Shown: positions 63,151 to 64,000 of the stretch, piece after piece | Position numbering within the stretch: position 1 is the stretch's first letter | Layout: each line of letters begins with the position of its first letter | Origin: Ascidiella aspersa | Taxonomy: Eukaryota | Direction: 5' to 3' | Assembly (NCBI GenBank): GCA_963924565.1 | Contig: OZ004611.1 | Coordinates: 30,008,001 to 30,072,000, forward strand | Length of the DNA: 64,000 nt | Notes under the pieces: generated by a model | Databases searched by the model: none | Told to the model about the DNA's origin: nothing | What the model saw: only the letters and a program-made list of their open reading frames with translations | Program-made: the position numbers and the translations under genes

Positions 63151-63288
63151 ACGCGACGTCCGCTGTTTGGATTCGCGACCCCGGAGCCGAAAACGTGTCG
63201 GGAACGCGAACGGCCGCGAAAGCACGCGAACGACTTCGCAGAAATTCGCCGGGCGTGACGACGACACCCGAAAGCGACGTAAGAATTC
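63151..63288 (+). CDS. Second coding exon of the downstream secreted protein (3' end at 63278 or 63288)
   Basis: ttgtttacag|(D)ATSAVWIRDPGAENVSGTRTAAKARERLRRNSPGVTTTPESD. GC-rich, phase 1 start matches the previous exon; two candidate donors (gtaaga 63279, gtaagg 63289). Confidence 0.6.
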
Positions 63289-63383
63289 GTAAGGTTACAC
63301 CTATTTAAATATTGTAGCTTGTATATAGTAAACACGAAAGTTCCACAACTTAATACATGCAGTGGCCAACAGTAGGTTTAGAC

Positions 63384-63711
63384 CAGGGGTGTCCAACATG
63401 AGGCACGTGTGCCAAATGTGGCAGGCGACCTAATAAAAAATGGCACGAAGTCCCCCAAAAAATACAGCCAATTGTCAAAAAAGCTAAATGTGTTATACAG
63501 CTAATTTACATTGTGTATTCACAATACAAAACAATTCCAGCAATTACGACAACAAACAACTACTTATAATATTATAACATTATACTGTTTTTATTTTTTG
63601 TATAAAAGCGCTTTTAATATTAGAAAGAAAAAATAGTTGCTAAACTTTGGCACGGGAAGAATTTATAAGATAAAAATTGGCACATCGGTATGTTTGAGTT
63701 GGACACCCCTG
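63384..63711. mobile_element. hAT MITE
   Basis: Perfect 14-bp TIR caggggtgtccaac/gttggacacccctg; TSD gtttagac/ctttagac. Confidence 0.87.
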
Positions 63712-64000
63712 CTTTAGACGTTTCCAGTATTGCAATGAATTAAGTCAATGACTTAAATCAAGCGCGGTTAAATCTTTGGTTTTAAATAACTTGACTTGGC
63801 GTAAGTCGAACTGGTACAATTACTTTACTTTGTACAAAATAAATAACTTGAACTTAGGTCAACGAGTCCAAAGACGTTTTGGAGCATAATTGTTGGAGGT
63901 TGTAGTAAGACGTAATAAGAATATTAAAGCCCATACAGAAGTAAAGGTATCATTTTGAACATGATGTTGAAAATGAACAAAGAGTTATTCATGACGTTCA

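Overview
AT-rich, intron- and repeat-rich animal genomic DNA. A marine invertebrate such as a tunicate is my guess from composition and repeat style; the sequence does not prove it. The main feature is a complete + strand gene, assembled by hand, with 20 coding exons (10217-43091; 3114 nt CDS, 1037 aa, all GT-AG junction phases consistent). It encodes a secreted modular protease: signal peptide, propeptide ending in an RRKR furin site, ten thrombospondin type-1 (TSP1) repeats (the sixth interrupted by a ~110-aa Ser/Thr/Pro-rich insert) and a trypsin-family domain with R|IVGG and an intact His/Asp/Ser triad. The first two coding exons of a second secreted protein gene start at 61710. Non-coding DNA holds many hAT-type MITEs with 8-bp TSDs, a 2.15-kb array of a 28-bp hairpin-forming unit, a dispersed repeat carrying a tRNA-like cloverleaf, and several families of minimal hammerhead-ribozyme-like motifs of the Penelope/retrozyme type. 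The most abundant of these families carries a U3-A8 compensatory core and appears in tandem ~100-150-nt units. No CRISPR, rRNA or autonomous transposon ORF was found.
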